64,000 bases of DNA from Dokdonella ginsengisoli (GTDB taxonomy: Bacteria; Pseudomonadota; Gammaproteobacteria; Xanthomonadales; Rhodanobacteraceae), in NCBI RefSeq assembly GCF_042652785.1, contig NZ_JBHSHD010000002.1, forward strand, positions 103,750-167,749. Direction: 5' to 3'. Positions 40,638-50,900 of the stretch are shown here, one piece after another (position 1 is the stretch's first letter; each line of letters begins with the position of its first letter). A program made the translations under genes and the position numbers. A model generated the notes under the pieces. It did not search any database, was not told where the DNA came from, and worked only from the letters and a program-made list of their open reading frames with translations.

Positions 40638-40772
40638 TCAGCCGCTGGACTGTCCGCTCGGCGGCGTCGGCGTCGGCTGCTGGTCGGGCGGCGTCGGTTT
40701 GAAGGCGGCCAGGGCGAACAGCAGGCCCAGCGCGGCGGCCGACCAAGCGAAGCGATTCAATGAGATTTTCAT
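40638..40772 (-). CDS. Unlisted small ORF (44 aa): hydrophobic N-terminus plus a Pro/Thr/Gln-rich tail.
   Basis: MKISLNRFAWSAAALGLLFALAAFKPTPPDQQPTPTPPSGQSSG. GGAGAA lies 6 nt before the ATG. GC3 is high after the first codons. Confidence 0.4.
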   Translation of the reverse strand: MKISLNRFAWSAAALGLLFALAAFKPTPPDQQPTPTPPSGQSSG

Positions 40773-41095
40773 TGCTGCGTTCTCCTTTCGTTGCGCGATG
40801 GATGCAGTCTCGCGCCGGCGACATGAGCATCGCGTCGGTCGCGCGTTACCGGCGTGTTATCGCAGGACGCAGGTTGGCCGCGGTTCAAGCCGATGAACGA
40901 GGGCCGTCGTCGCAACGGCGCGAACCGCCCCGGATCGTCCTCGTCGAGGATCCGGCGCGGGCGCCGCCAGCACATCGATGCCGCCTCCGCACGAACGTCT
41001 TCCCGATTCACCGCCGACGATGCGGATGCGTACGGAAGAGGCGGCGCGTACCATTCCCCGGCGGCTCGTACGGCCCACTGGGGAGGTGACACGGC

Positions 41096-41689
41096 TTGAA
41101 GCTTTCGTCCGAGGCGTCGACCACGACGACGTCGTCCGCGGGCGACAGGGAAGTGACCCGGCTGATCCGCGCCTGGCAGGCCGGTGACGCACAAGCGTTC
41201 GATCATCTGCTGCCGCACGTGTACGCCGAGCTGCGCGTGATGGCCACGCGGCTGCTCGCCGGCGAACGCGCCAGCACGCTGCAGCCCACCGAGCTGGTCC
41301 ACAACGTGCTGCTGAAGGTGCTCGGCATCGACCTGCTGCAGGTCGACGATCGCGCGCATTTCTTCCACGCCTTCGTGCGGCTGATGCGCCACGAACTGGT
41401 CGATCGCGCGCGCGCGGCGAGCGCGGACAAGCGCGGCGCCGGCTGGGTCCGCGTCGACTGGGCCGACGACCAGGTGCCGCCGCTGCCCGACTCGATCGAC
41501 GCGGTCCGGCTCGGCGACGCGCTCGACGATCTCGAACACGTCGAACCGCGGCTGGCGCGGATCGTCGAGCTGCGCTATTTCGTCGGCCTGACCGTGCAGG
41601 AGATCGCCACGCTGCTCGAGCTGGACGAGCGCACCGTGTATCGCGACTGGGCGATGGCGCGCGGCTGGCTGCGCGAGCACCTGGACTGA
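41096..41689 (+). CDS. ECF (sigma-70 family) RNA polymerase sigma factor, of the type partnered with Ser/Thr kinases.
   Basis: Region 2 (LIRAWQAGDAQAFDHLLPHVYAELRVMA) and region 4 (YFVGLTVQEIATLLELDERTVYRDW) are present. A TTG start follows GGGAGG. The stop is 16 nt before the kinase ATG. Confidence 0.8.
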   Translation: MKLSSEASTTTTSSAGDREVTRLIRAWQAGDAQAFDHLLPHVYAELRVMATRLLAGERASTLQPTELVHNVLLKVLGIDLLQVDDRAHFFHAFVRLMRHELVDRARAASADKRGAGWVRVDWADDQVPPLPDSIDAVRLGDALDDLEHVEPRLARIVELRYFVGLTVQEIATLLELDERTVYRDWAMARGWLREHLD

Positions 41690-41705
41690 GCGATCGCTCG
41701 TCGCC

Positions 41706-44513
41706 ATGACCGAACCTGCACGCCGACGCGCCGAACTGGCCCTGCTGCACGCATTGTTCGACCTGACGCCCGCGCAGCGCGATCTTCGCCTGGCCGAAGT
41801 CGAGCACGCCGATCGCGAACTCGCCGACGCCGTCCGCCGCATGCTGGCCACCTCCGATACGGTCGCCGCGAACCAGGCGCAGATGCGTCCCGCGGCGGCC
41901 GAGGTCGCCGCCGGCTGCGTGCTCGGCGGCCGCTTCCGCCTGCTGCGTCCGCTCGGCCGCGGCGGCATGGGCGAGGTGTACCTGGCGCGTCGCGACGACG
42001 GCATCGACCAGCACGTGGCGATCAAGATCCTGCACGGCGAAGGACTGGCGGTGACGCGCGAGCGAGCGCACCGCGAACAGCAGATCCTGGCGCGGCTGAC
42101 GCACCCCAACATCGCCGGGCTGATCGACGCCGGCCTGACCGACGCGGGCCGGCCGTGGTTCGCGATGGACTACGTCGACGGCGAGCGCCTGCTGGAGTGG
42201 TGCGACCATCGCACGCTGACGTTGCCCGCGCGCGTGCGTCTGTTCGTGCAGATCGCGCGCGCGTTGCAGTTCGCGCATCGCAACCTGGTCCTGCATCGGG
42301 ACGTGAAGCCGTCGAACATCCTCGTCGACCACGACGGCATACCCGTGCTGCTCGATTTCGGCATCGCCAAGGTGATCGACGCGCAGGCACCCGCGCACGA
42401 GACCCGCACCCTGGCGCTCACGCCGGCCTACGCCGCACCGGAACAGCTGCGCGGCGAGCCGGCGACCACCGCCAGCGAGGTCTACCAGCTCGGCATCGTG
42501 CTGTACGAGCTGACGAGCGGCATCTCCGCACGCGAAGCGCGTGCGCACGCGCAGGCCGATGCCACCACGGTCGTGGTGCCTGCGCCGCATCAGGCGTTCG
42601 CCGCGTGTTGGCTGCGCGACCGCGCCCAGGCCGAACGCCTGGTCCGCCTGCGCGCCAGCTCGCCGCAGAAGCTGCGCCGCGACTTGAAGGGCGACCTCGG
42701 CCGCATCATCGCCAAGGCGAGCGCGCCGCTGCCGGCCGAACGCTACGACACCGCGCAGGCCTTCGCCGACGACCTCGAACGCTGGCTGGCCGGCAACCCG
42801 GTCAGCGCCCATCGCGGCAGCTGGCGCTACCGCGTCGGCAAGCTGGTGCGCCGGCACAAGGCGGCGAGCGCGCTGACCGCCGTGCTCGCGCTGGGCCTGC
42901 TCGCGGTCAGCGCCCTGGCGCTCGATCGCGCACAGCGCGAGCACGAGCAGCGCGTGGAGGCCGAACGACAGCGCGAGCGTTCCGACGCCCTGGTCGACTT
43001 TTTCCGCAGCCTGTTCCGGCAGGCCGATCCAGATCTGGCCGGCGCCTCGCAGATCGGCGCCGATCAGCTGCTCGAACGCGCCGACGTCGCACTGGACGCG
43101 CGCAACGACGTGGACCCGTCCGTGCGCGCCGCGCTGCTGAGCGAAATCGCCGCGGCGTTCTACAACCTCGGCATGCCGCGCAACGGCCTCGCCGCCGCGG
43201 AACAGGCGGTGACGCTGTCGACGCCACGCCGCGCCGACAACCCCAAGGACTACCTCCGCAGCGTCGACGTGGCGTCCAGCATCTACGCCAGCATCGGCCG
43301 CGAGCGCGATGCGGTCGACCTGATCACGCAGGCGCTGCCGACGGCGAGCCAGGTGCGCGACGACCAGCTCGACTGGCAGGCCAAGCTGATGTCCCGCCGC
43401 AGCCGCAGCCGGTTCGCGCTCGGTCAGGTGCGCGAGGCGGTGGCGGACATGCAGGCCGTCGTCGAAACCCTGCGCCGACGCGGTGCGCTGGACGGCGACG
43501 ACGGCGTCGAGGCGCGGATTTCCCTGGCGAAGTTCCTCGGCAGCCAGGGCGACTACCGATCCGCCGTCGACGCATTGCGCGAGATCGTCGAGCACGCAGC
43601 GGGAAGCACGTCCAGAAGTACCCGGCTTGCCGCGCGCTCGAATCTGGGAATGAATCTGCTGGGCGCAGGCGAATACCGCCAGGCCGCCGCCGTGCTCGAA
43701 CCGGCGCTGGCGGAGAGCGGGTCCCTGTACGGGCCCGAGTCGTATCCGGCGATCGTTCTGCACTACCTGCTGCTGCGCAGCCATCTCGCCCTCGGCGAGC
43801 CCGAACGCGCCCGCGTTTTCCTGGATCACCTGCAGAAGGTGCGGCCGGCGTCCGTGGCGCAATTCGCCCGCGCGAAGGAATACATCGCCAGCGCCGGCAT
43901 CCGCTACCAGCTCGCCACCGGCCGCTTCGGCGACGCGGCGAGCCAGGCGCAGCAGGCGCTCGATGCGTCCGAGGCGGACGCGGATACAGGTGAGCTGCAC
44001 AGGCTGCTCGGCGAAGCCCAGTTGCAGCAGGGCGATCCGCGCCGGGCGCTGGCGACCTTCGCGCGGGCATCGGAGAAGGACACAGCGCTGAACAACCCGC
44101 TGCGCATCGCCTCGATCGAAGACGGCATCGGCCGTGCGCATCTGGCGCTGGGCGAACTCGACGAGGCGATCGCACATCTGAGCCGCGCGGCGGAGCCGTT
44201 CCGCCGCCTGCAGGGCACGGACACGCCGGACGCGCTGCGCGTCGCCGTCCATCTGCTGTGGGCGCAGGCGCTGGCGACGCGCGATCCGGACCTGCTCGAA
44301 TGCCTCGATGCGCAGCGCGCGGCGCTGGTCGGCGCGCTCGGCGGCGAAGACCGGCTGCAGATCTGGCAGTTCGACCGCCTGCGCGACCGGCTCGCGCACC
44401 AGCTGGGCCGACCCGGCATCGATCCCGACCGGCTCGCGCGCGCCGAACGCGGCCTGCTACGCGTCTCCGGCACCGGGAAAGTGCCGGACCATCGGGGCGT
44501 CGGGACGTTCTAG
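41706..44513 (+). CDS. Ser/Thr protein kinase with one TM helix and a large TPR-like C-terminal domain.
   Basis: Hanks kinase motifs are present: GRGGMGEVY, AIKIL, HRDVKPSNIL, DFGIA, APE. A TM helix sits at about aa 385-405, followed by 500 aa of helical repeats. Confidence 0.85.
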   Translation: MTEPARRRAELALLHALFDLTPAQRDLRLAEVEHADRELADAVRRMLATSDTVAANQAQMRPAAAEVAAGCVLGGRFRLLRPLGRGGMGEVYLARRDDGIDQHVAIKILHGEGLAVTRERAHREQQILARLTHPNIAGLIDAGLTDAGRPWFAMDYVDGERLLEWCDHRTLTLPARVRLFVQIARALQFAHRNLVLHRDVKPSNILVDHDGIPVLLDFGIAKVIDAQAPAHETRTLALTPAYAAPEQLRGEPATTASEVYQLGIVLYELTSGISAREARAHAQADATTVVVPAPHQAFAACWLRDRAQAERLVRLRASSPQKLRRDLKGDLGRIIAKASAPLPAERYDTAQAFADDLERWLAGNPVSAHRGSWRYRVGKLVRRHKAASALTAVLALGLLAVSALALDRAQREHEQRVEAERQRERSDALVDFFRSLFRQADPDLAGASQIGADQLLERADVALDARNDVDPSVRAALLSEIAAAFYNLGMPRNGLAAAEQAVTLSTPRRADNPKDYLRSVDVASSIYASIGRERDAVDLITQALPTASQVRDDQLDWQAKLMSRRSRSRFALGQVREAVADMQAVVETLRRRGALDGDDGVEARISLAKFLGSQGDYRSAVDALREIVEHAAGSTSRSTRLAARSNLGMNLLGAGEYRQAAAVLEPALAESGSLYGPESYPAIVLHYLLLRSHLALGEPERARVFLDHLQKVRPASVAQFARAKEYIASAGIRYQLATGRFGDAASQAQQALDASEADADTGELHRLLGEAQLQQGDPRRALATFARASEKDTALNNPLRIASIEDGIGRAHLALGELDEAIAHLSRAAEPFRRLQGTDTPDALRVAVHLLWAQALATRDPDLLECLDAQRAALVGALGGEDRLQIWQFDRLRDRLAHQLGRPGIDPDRLARAERGLLRVSGTGKVPDHRGVGTF

Positions 44514-44704
44514 CCGGGCGCGGCGGGACCGCGCCGGCTGTTCGCCGCGCACCTTCGTGCTTCACCTGGCGTACCCGGGTGGCCCTCAAACCACTCCCAT
44601 GTCAGGTTCCGGCGCCGAAATCCGCCCTGTGGGGCGGGCACGCTCGCGCAACGATCGGGCGGATGCCGCATCGCACCCGTACACCGACTGTTCGGAGACC
44701 TTTC

Positions 44705-47700
44705 ATGACGATCCACATCCCCACGCGCGCGCTCCGCCTCGTGCGCCGGGTGGCATGCTTCAGCGTCGCCGCGCTCGCGCCGGCGTCGTTCGCGCACACC
44801 GCCGTTCCCTCGACAGGCATTCGTGCCGAGCGGGCCGCAACCCTCGGCGCCTTGCCGGGCGGCAGCGTGCTCTACAGCCAGAACATCCTGCAGCACGACG
44901 GGCAGGGCGAAGCCCGAGCGATCGTCTCCATGGTGTTTCCGGACCCCGACTACGCCGCGTACAGCGGCGAGGGCGCGGACGATTTCTACGTCGCCGACGC
45001 TTCCGGCTGGACGATCGATCAGGTCATCGCCAACGGAATCGTTTACGGGACCGATGTGCCCAACGGCACCGACGTGGATGTCGGACCCTTCAGGATCGCC
45101 ATCTATCCCGACGCCGGCGGCCAGCCCGCGGCGGCTGCCGCCTGCAGTTACGACGCATTGCCCCATACCCACGGAGCACTTTCCGGCGGCGCCTGGAGCG
45201 CCTTCGGCATGGCCTTGCCGACGCCGTGCAGCCTGGCGCAGGGCACGTACTGGCTGTCGATCGTCGCCACCCCTCCGGCGCCGCTCGACATCCGGTACAC
45301 GTGGAACTGGAGTGCCGTGCACCTGGGTTCGCCGGTGCCAGGCCATTCGCCGATGGTGCGCAATCCGGGCGGCGATCTCTACCCGAACTGCCCGACCTGG
45401 ACCGGGCTGGAAGCGTGCGTCAATACATCGGCGAACGGCCTGGTGTTCCAGCTCATCGGCTCGGTCGTCGCACAGGCGCCGCCACCCGAAAGCGGCATCG
45501 CGCTGAGCGTGGGGCTGGCGCAATACGACGGCGATCCTGCCCAGTGCGCCAGCGCGGGTACGCTTCAGGCCAGCGTCGGCGACCAGATCAACGCCTGCTA
45601 CACGGTGACCAACCACACGCCGCTGACGCTGAACTATCACACGCTCGCCGACGCCTCCGGCGGAGCGCCGCTGTTCACCAACGCCAACGTGCCAATCGCG
45701 CCGGGCGAGAGCTATCGGTACAACCGCATCTTCGCGGCCGCCCAGTCCACGACGCTCGATCCCGCCTGGACGGGACACACGATACTGCCGCCCTACGTGC
45801 CGACCGCGAGCACGGACGCCTTCGTCGACATCGCGGCGAGCGGCACGCTACTGGAACCCTCGCCCCTGACGCGCCAGATCGATCAACCGCTGCCGTTCGC
45901 CTTCGACTTCTACGGCGTGGCGTATTCGAGCATCTGCATCAGCGACTGGGGCCTGATCGCCTTCAAGGCGACACCGGCCGACAGCTGCGGCGCGGCCGAA
46001 GGCGGCGAACCGCTGCCGTTCGCGTACGGCTTCGGCGCGACGGTCGAGGCCGCCCTGATGCCATGGTGGGATTTCTTCGGAACCGCCGGCAGCCTCCACG
46101 TCGCCACGCTCGGTTCCGCGCCGGCGCGCCGGTTCGTCGTGCAGTGGACCGACAAGAACCACGTCGACGCCTACTACGCCGATCCCGGCGATCCGGGCCG
46201 GGTCACCTTCCAGGCCATCCTCAACGAGGACGGCACGTTCGACTACCGCTACCGGACGGTCGAGTTCGGCGCCCAGGACGGCGTCCACGACTTCGGCCGA
46301 TCGGCCACGGTCGGCCTGCAGGCCGGCCAGAGCGGGCCGTCCAACTACCAATACTCGTGGGGCGCGCCGGTGCTCAGCGACGGTCTCTCCCTGCACTGGG
46401 CGCGAGGCGAATCGGCGAGCTTCACGGCCTCGCAGTCGGCCACGCTCGACGTCGGCGCGCCGCAGATCGCGCTCGGCCAGACCACGCTCGCGGCGAGCGC
46501 CGCGGCAGGCGGCAGCGCCACGGCGACCCTCGATTTCCGCAACGACGGCGACCGCGACCTGGACTGGACGTCCGGGGAGATGTCGGCCGGCGCTCGACAC
46601 TATCCGATTCCCCCGCGCAATCGTGCCCTGCATCCGCGTCGCGAAGCGCCCAGCGGATTGCCGCTGCGCACTGCGACGGCCGCGGCCGCGCCGCCGGCGA
46701 AGGCGAAGGACGTGCCGATCACCCCGCTTCGCTATCGGCCGCCCGTACCCGCGTTCGGAATGGTGTTTTCGACCTGGTTTCCCTATGAGCTCAACAGTTA
46801 TGCCCAGCTGGACGCTTCGTTCCCCGGCGCCTTGCAGTACCTGAGCCAGAGCTCGCACTCCTATTTCGCCGGCACGTTCGTGGACTACGATTTTTCGACC
46901 GCATACGTGGTCGACGCCTATTTCCGGCTCCTGATCGCCATCGATACGAACGACGGTTCGGAGCGGATCATCGGCAATGTCGACGTGCCTGCCTCGGCCG
47001 GTTTCCCGACCGGCATGCGCTGGGACCCGAGCAGCGGCACGACCTATCTCGTCGCGGCGAATTTCGGCACCTGCTCCACCACGCTGTACACGGTGGACCT
47101 GGCTTCCGCCGCCGTGCAGGCGGTCGGCAATATCCCTGATGCCGGCCTCATCGACCTCGCGATCGATCCGGCCGGGAACGCGTGGAGCGTGGACATCTGC
47201 AACCAGAACACCGTCGTCGTCGACCTGGCCGGCGCCCAGGTCGACGTGGTCGGTGCGCTCGGCATTGACGTGACCACCGCCGCCGGCATGGACTTCGACG
47301 CGAGCACCGGCACGCTCTACTTCGCCGCGGTCGACAACGGCAGCTTCGATCCAGCCACCGGCGCCTACGAAAGCCACCTGTACACGATCGACCGGCAGTC
47401 CGGCCAGGCCACGGTGGTGAACGACGGCTACGGCGGCTTCGTCGGGCCGGGAACCTACCACCAGGGCAGCGCCCTGATCGGCAGCCAGCTCGACGCGCTG
47501 GCCATTGCGGCCGCGCCGGGACCCTGCGCGTCGCCGGACGACATTGCCTGGCTCAGCCGATCGCCATCGGAAGGAACCGTGCAGCCGGGCAGTACGCAGG
47601 CCGTCACGCTGACCTTCGACGCGAGCGGGCTGGCACCGGGGACCTACACCGGCAACGCGTGCATCGACAGCAACGATCCCGAGCGACGGCAAGTCGCGGT

Positions 47701-47764
47701 GCCGGTCACCTTCACCGTCACCGGCGATCCCGACCTCGTCTTCGGCGACGGCTTCGACCCTTGA
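44705..47764 (+). CDS. Large secreted hypothetical protein (1019 aa) ending VFGDGFDP.
   Basis: MTIHIPTRALRLVRRVACFSVAALAPASFAHTA is a signal peptide. GGAGA lies 7 nt before the ATG. High GC3. No recognised catalytic motifs. The upstream 149 codons of the listed ORF are kinase-gene 3' overlap noise. Confidence 0.7.
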   Translation: MTIHIPTRALRLVRRVACFSVAALAPASFAHTAVPSTGIRAERAATLGALPGGSVLYSQNILQHDGQGEARAIVSMVFPDPDYAAYSGEGADDFYVADASGWTIDQVIANGIVYGTDVPNGTDVDVGPFRIAIYPDAGGQPAAAAACSYDALPHTHGALSGGAWSAFGMALPTPCSLAQGTYWLSIVATPPAPLDIRYTWNWSAVHLGSPVPGHSPMVRNPGGDLYPNCPTWTGLEACVNTSANGLVFQLIGSVVAQAPPPESGIALSVGLAQYDGDPAQCASAGTLQASVGDQINACYTVTNHTPLTLNYHTLADASGGAPLFTNANVPIAPGESYRYNRIFAAAQSTTLDPAWTGHTILPPYVPTASTDAFVDIAASGTLLEPSPLTRQIDQPLPFAFDFYGVAYSSICISDWGLIAFKATPADSCGAAEGGEPLPFAYGFGATVEAALMPWWDFFGTAGSLHVATLGSAPARRFVVQWTDKNHVDAYYADPGDPGRVTFQAILNEDGTFDYRYRTVEFGAQDGVHDFGRSATVGLQAGQSGPSNYQYSWGAPVLSDGLSLHWARGESASFTASQSATLDVGAPQIALGQTTLAASAAAGGSATATLDFRNDGDRDLDWTSGEMSAGARHYPIPPRNRALHPRREAPSGLPLRTATAAAAPPAKAKDVPITPLRYRPPVPAFGMVFSTWFPYELNSYAQLDASFPGALQYLSQSSHSYFAGTFVDYDFSTAYVVDAYFRLLIAIDTNDGSERIIGNVDVPASAGFPTGMRWDPSSGTTYLVAANFGTCSTTLYTVDLASAAVQAVGNIPDAGLIDLAIDPAGNAWSVDICNQNTVVVDLAGAQVDVVGALGIDVTTAAGMDFDASTGTLYFAAVDNGSFDPATGAYESHLYTIDRQSGQATVVNDGYGGFVGPGTYHQGSALIGSQLDALAIAAAPGPCASPDDIAWLSRSPSEGTVQPGSTQAVTLTFDASGLAPGTYTGNACIDSNDPERRQVAVPVTFTVTGDPDLVFGDGFDP

Positions 47765-47943
47765 GCGTGTTCGCGGAATCGGGCGCGGCCGGGCCGCGCT
47801 CCCTTTCGCACCAACGGATGCGCCGCGGAGACGGCGGCAATTCCTGAAACCGTTTCCCCGCGGTTTTCCCGTCGTGCGGCCCGGAATGAATCCGGGCCGC
47901 TGCGCGCCGATCGCGAGCGAGGCGCGGCGGCTTTTCGAGGGCC

Positions 47944-50900
47944 TTACAGCGGCGCGAACAGCTCCGCCAGGTCTTCCTCGTCGAAGCGCAGGCTCTGCGT
48001 GCTGCCGCCTTCGAGCACGGCCTGTGCGAGTTCCGCCTTGCGCTGCTGCAGCGCCTGGATCTTCTCCTCGACGGTGCCCGAGCAGATCAGCTTGTAGACG
48101 AACACGGCCTTGTCCTGGCCGATGCGGTGCGCACGGTCGGTGGCCTGCGTTTCCACCGCCGGGTTCCACCACGGGTCGTAGTGGATGACGGTGTCGGCGG
48201 CGGTCAGGTTGAGGCCGACGCCGCCGGCCTTGAGGCTGATCAGGAACAGCGGCACGTTCCCTTCCTGGAAGTGCTTGACCAGGTCGCCGCGTTCGCGCGC
48301 GGGCGTGTCGCCGGTGAGCGACTGCCAGCGCAGCTGGCGCGCGTCGAGCGCCTCGCCGATCAGGCCGAGCATCTCGGTGAACTGGCTGAAGACCAGCACG
48401 CGGCGGCCTTCGTCGACGAGGCCGTCGAGCAGGTCCAGCAGCAGCTCGAGCTTGGCCGAGCCGTCGACGCGGCGCGCGCCGTCGAGCTTGACCAGGCGCG
48501 GATCGCAGCAGGCCTGGCGCAGCTTGAGCAACGCGTCGAGCACGACGATGCCGCTCTGCGCGAGACCGCGCTTGCGCACTTCGGCCAGCACGCGCTCGTG
48601 CTGGGCCAGGCGCAGCGTTTCGTACAGCTCGCGCTGCGCGCCGTCCAGTTCCACCTGCCGCGCGATCTCGGTCTTCGGCGGCAGATCGTCCAGCACGTCC
48701 TCCTTGCGCCGGCGCAGCAGCAGCGGCGCGATGCGGCGCTGCAGGCGCATCCGGCGCTCGACGTCGCCGTGCTTCTCGATCGGCGTGCGATAGAACTTGG
48801 TGAAGCTCTTCTCCACGCCGAGCAGGCCGGGCTCGACCGCGTCGAACTGCGCCCACAGCTCGCCGAGGTGGTTTTCCAGCGGCGTGCCGGTCATCGCCAG
48901 GCGCCGCCGCGCCGGCAGCTTGCGCACCGACTTCGCGGTCTGGCTCTTGGCGTTCTTGATCGCCTGCGCCTCGTCGAGCACGAGCAGCGCGTAGGTGTGC
49001 GCGGCGAGCGCGTCCTCGTCACGCGCGAGCAGCGGATAGGTGGTGATGACGAGGTCGTGCTGCGGAATCCGCGCGTACAGTTCGGAACGTTCCGGACCGT
49101 GCAGCACCAGCGCCGAAAGATCCGGCGCGAAGCGCTTCGCCTCGTCACGCCAGTTCGCCACCAGGCTGGTCGGCGCGACGATCAGCGCCGGCCCGTCGAG
49201 CCGCCCGCGCTGCTTCTCCGACAGCAGGTGCGCAAGCAGCTGCACGGTCTTGCCGAGCCCCATGTCGTCGGCGAGGATGCCGCCGAGCCCGGCGTCGGCG
49301 AGGAAGCCGAGCCAGGCCAGGCCGTCGCGCTGGTAGGCGCGCAGCTCGGCGCGGAAACCTTCCGGTTCGGCCAGCGGCGTGCGCGCCTCGCGCAGGCGTT
49401 CGAGTTCGGCGCGCAGGCGTTCGCCGCCGCGCCAGGGCAGGTCCGGCCCGAGTTCCTGCAGCACCGAGGCCTGCGAACGATGCAGGTGCAGGGCGCCGTC
49501 AGCGGTTTCGTGGCCGCTCGTCTGCAGCCATTCGAGCAGCGGCGCGATCAGCTCGCGCAGCTTGCCCAGCGGCAGCGGCACGCGCCGGCGCGCATCGATC
49601 GGCACCAGCCAGACCGCATCCTCGGCCTCGCCCTTGCGCGGCGCGAACGGAAACTGCGGATCGGCCAGCAGGCGATGCAGGATCGGCAGCAGGTCGACGC
49701 GCTCACCACCCAGGTCGATACCCAGGCGCAGGTCGAACCAGGCGTTGCCCGATTCCTCGATCTCGGCGTACCAGTCGTCCGGCTCGTCGACCAGCTCGAA
49801 CGGGAAATCGGATTCGGATTCGATGCGAAAACCCAGTTCGCGCAGGCGCGAGGCGAGCGCGAAGACCTGGTCCGCCGCGGCGAGCTGACCGCGGCCGTGC
49901 TCGATGACGAAATCGCCCTCGCGCAGCACACCGCGCGCGACGCCGGTGATGCGCGGCAGCAGTTCGGCGTCGACGAAGCCGACGCTGTCCAGGCGTTCGG
50001 CCGCGGCGATCTCGCTGGCGCGGTCGCGCACGATCTCCAGCAGGCGGCCCTCGTGCAGGCGCCGCTCGCGCGAGGCGGCCGCGGCGAATTTCAGGCGCGG
50101 GCCGTCATAGTCGAAACTCAGCCGCACGCAGCCGGCCTGGTACGGCTGGCCGAGCGCCTGCGCCGGCACCGCGCGCAGGGTCAGCACCGGCGTCGGCGTG
50201 ACCTTGTGCGTTTCCAGCCGCGCCGGCGGCGCCGGCGCCGGCAGCGATTTCAGCCGCGGGCTGCGCTGCCAGCGCTCGTCGAGCAGGGCCGCCTGCTCCG
50301 GCAGCAGCACCGGCGCGCGCAGCGCCGCCTCGGCGACCTCGGCGTCGGCGTCGACCAGGCCCAGCGCGCGCTGCGCCGGCTCCCAGTACCACAGCCGCCC
50401 GATGCGCAGCAGGCGCGCCTTCGGCGATGCATCGGCCAGCACCGGCATCAGCTTCTGGCTGCCGTCCTCGTAGCTCTGCCACTGCCAGCCGAGCGCGCGC
50501 TGCGGACCGAGCGCGACGCGCTGCGCGGACGGCTTGTCCATGAAGCACGGGTACTCGGTCAGCAGGGTTTCCAGCAGGGCTTCGTCGCGCGCTTCGGTCA
50601 GCAGGTACGCGCCGGCGGAAACCGGCGTGCGCATGCGCAGCTGCGCGACGTGCTCGAACTGCGCCGGGCTGAGCCCGGCCCACGGATCGCCGGCGAGATG
50701 CGGCTGGATCGGCCGCGGCGCGACGTAGCCGCCGCGCTTGCCCGGCGTCAGCCACACCGGCTGCGCCTGCACGCCGGGCAGCGCGCCCGCGCCCAGGCGC
50801 AGCACGAAACCGAACACGCGTGCGGCTTCCGCGGCCTTCTCCACGCTCGCCGCGGCGGGCGCCTCCAGCGTGTCGAGCCAGCTCGCCCACGGACCGAGCG

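Noticed and set aside
40769-48856. Long minus-strand ORFs 40769..42112, 40857..44399, 43324..44589 and 45848..48856, and the plus-strand ORF 48127..51591.
   Set aside because: They lie antisense to the ECF sigma, the kinase, the large secreted protein and the SNF2 helicase. They have extreme Arg/Ala/Pro composition, no motifs, and low GC3 periodicity compared with the sense genes.
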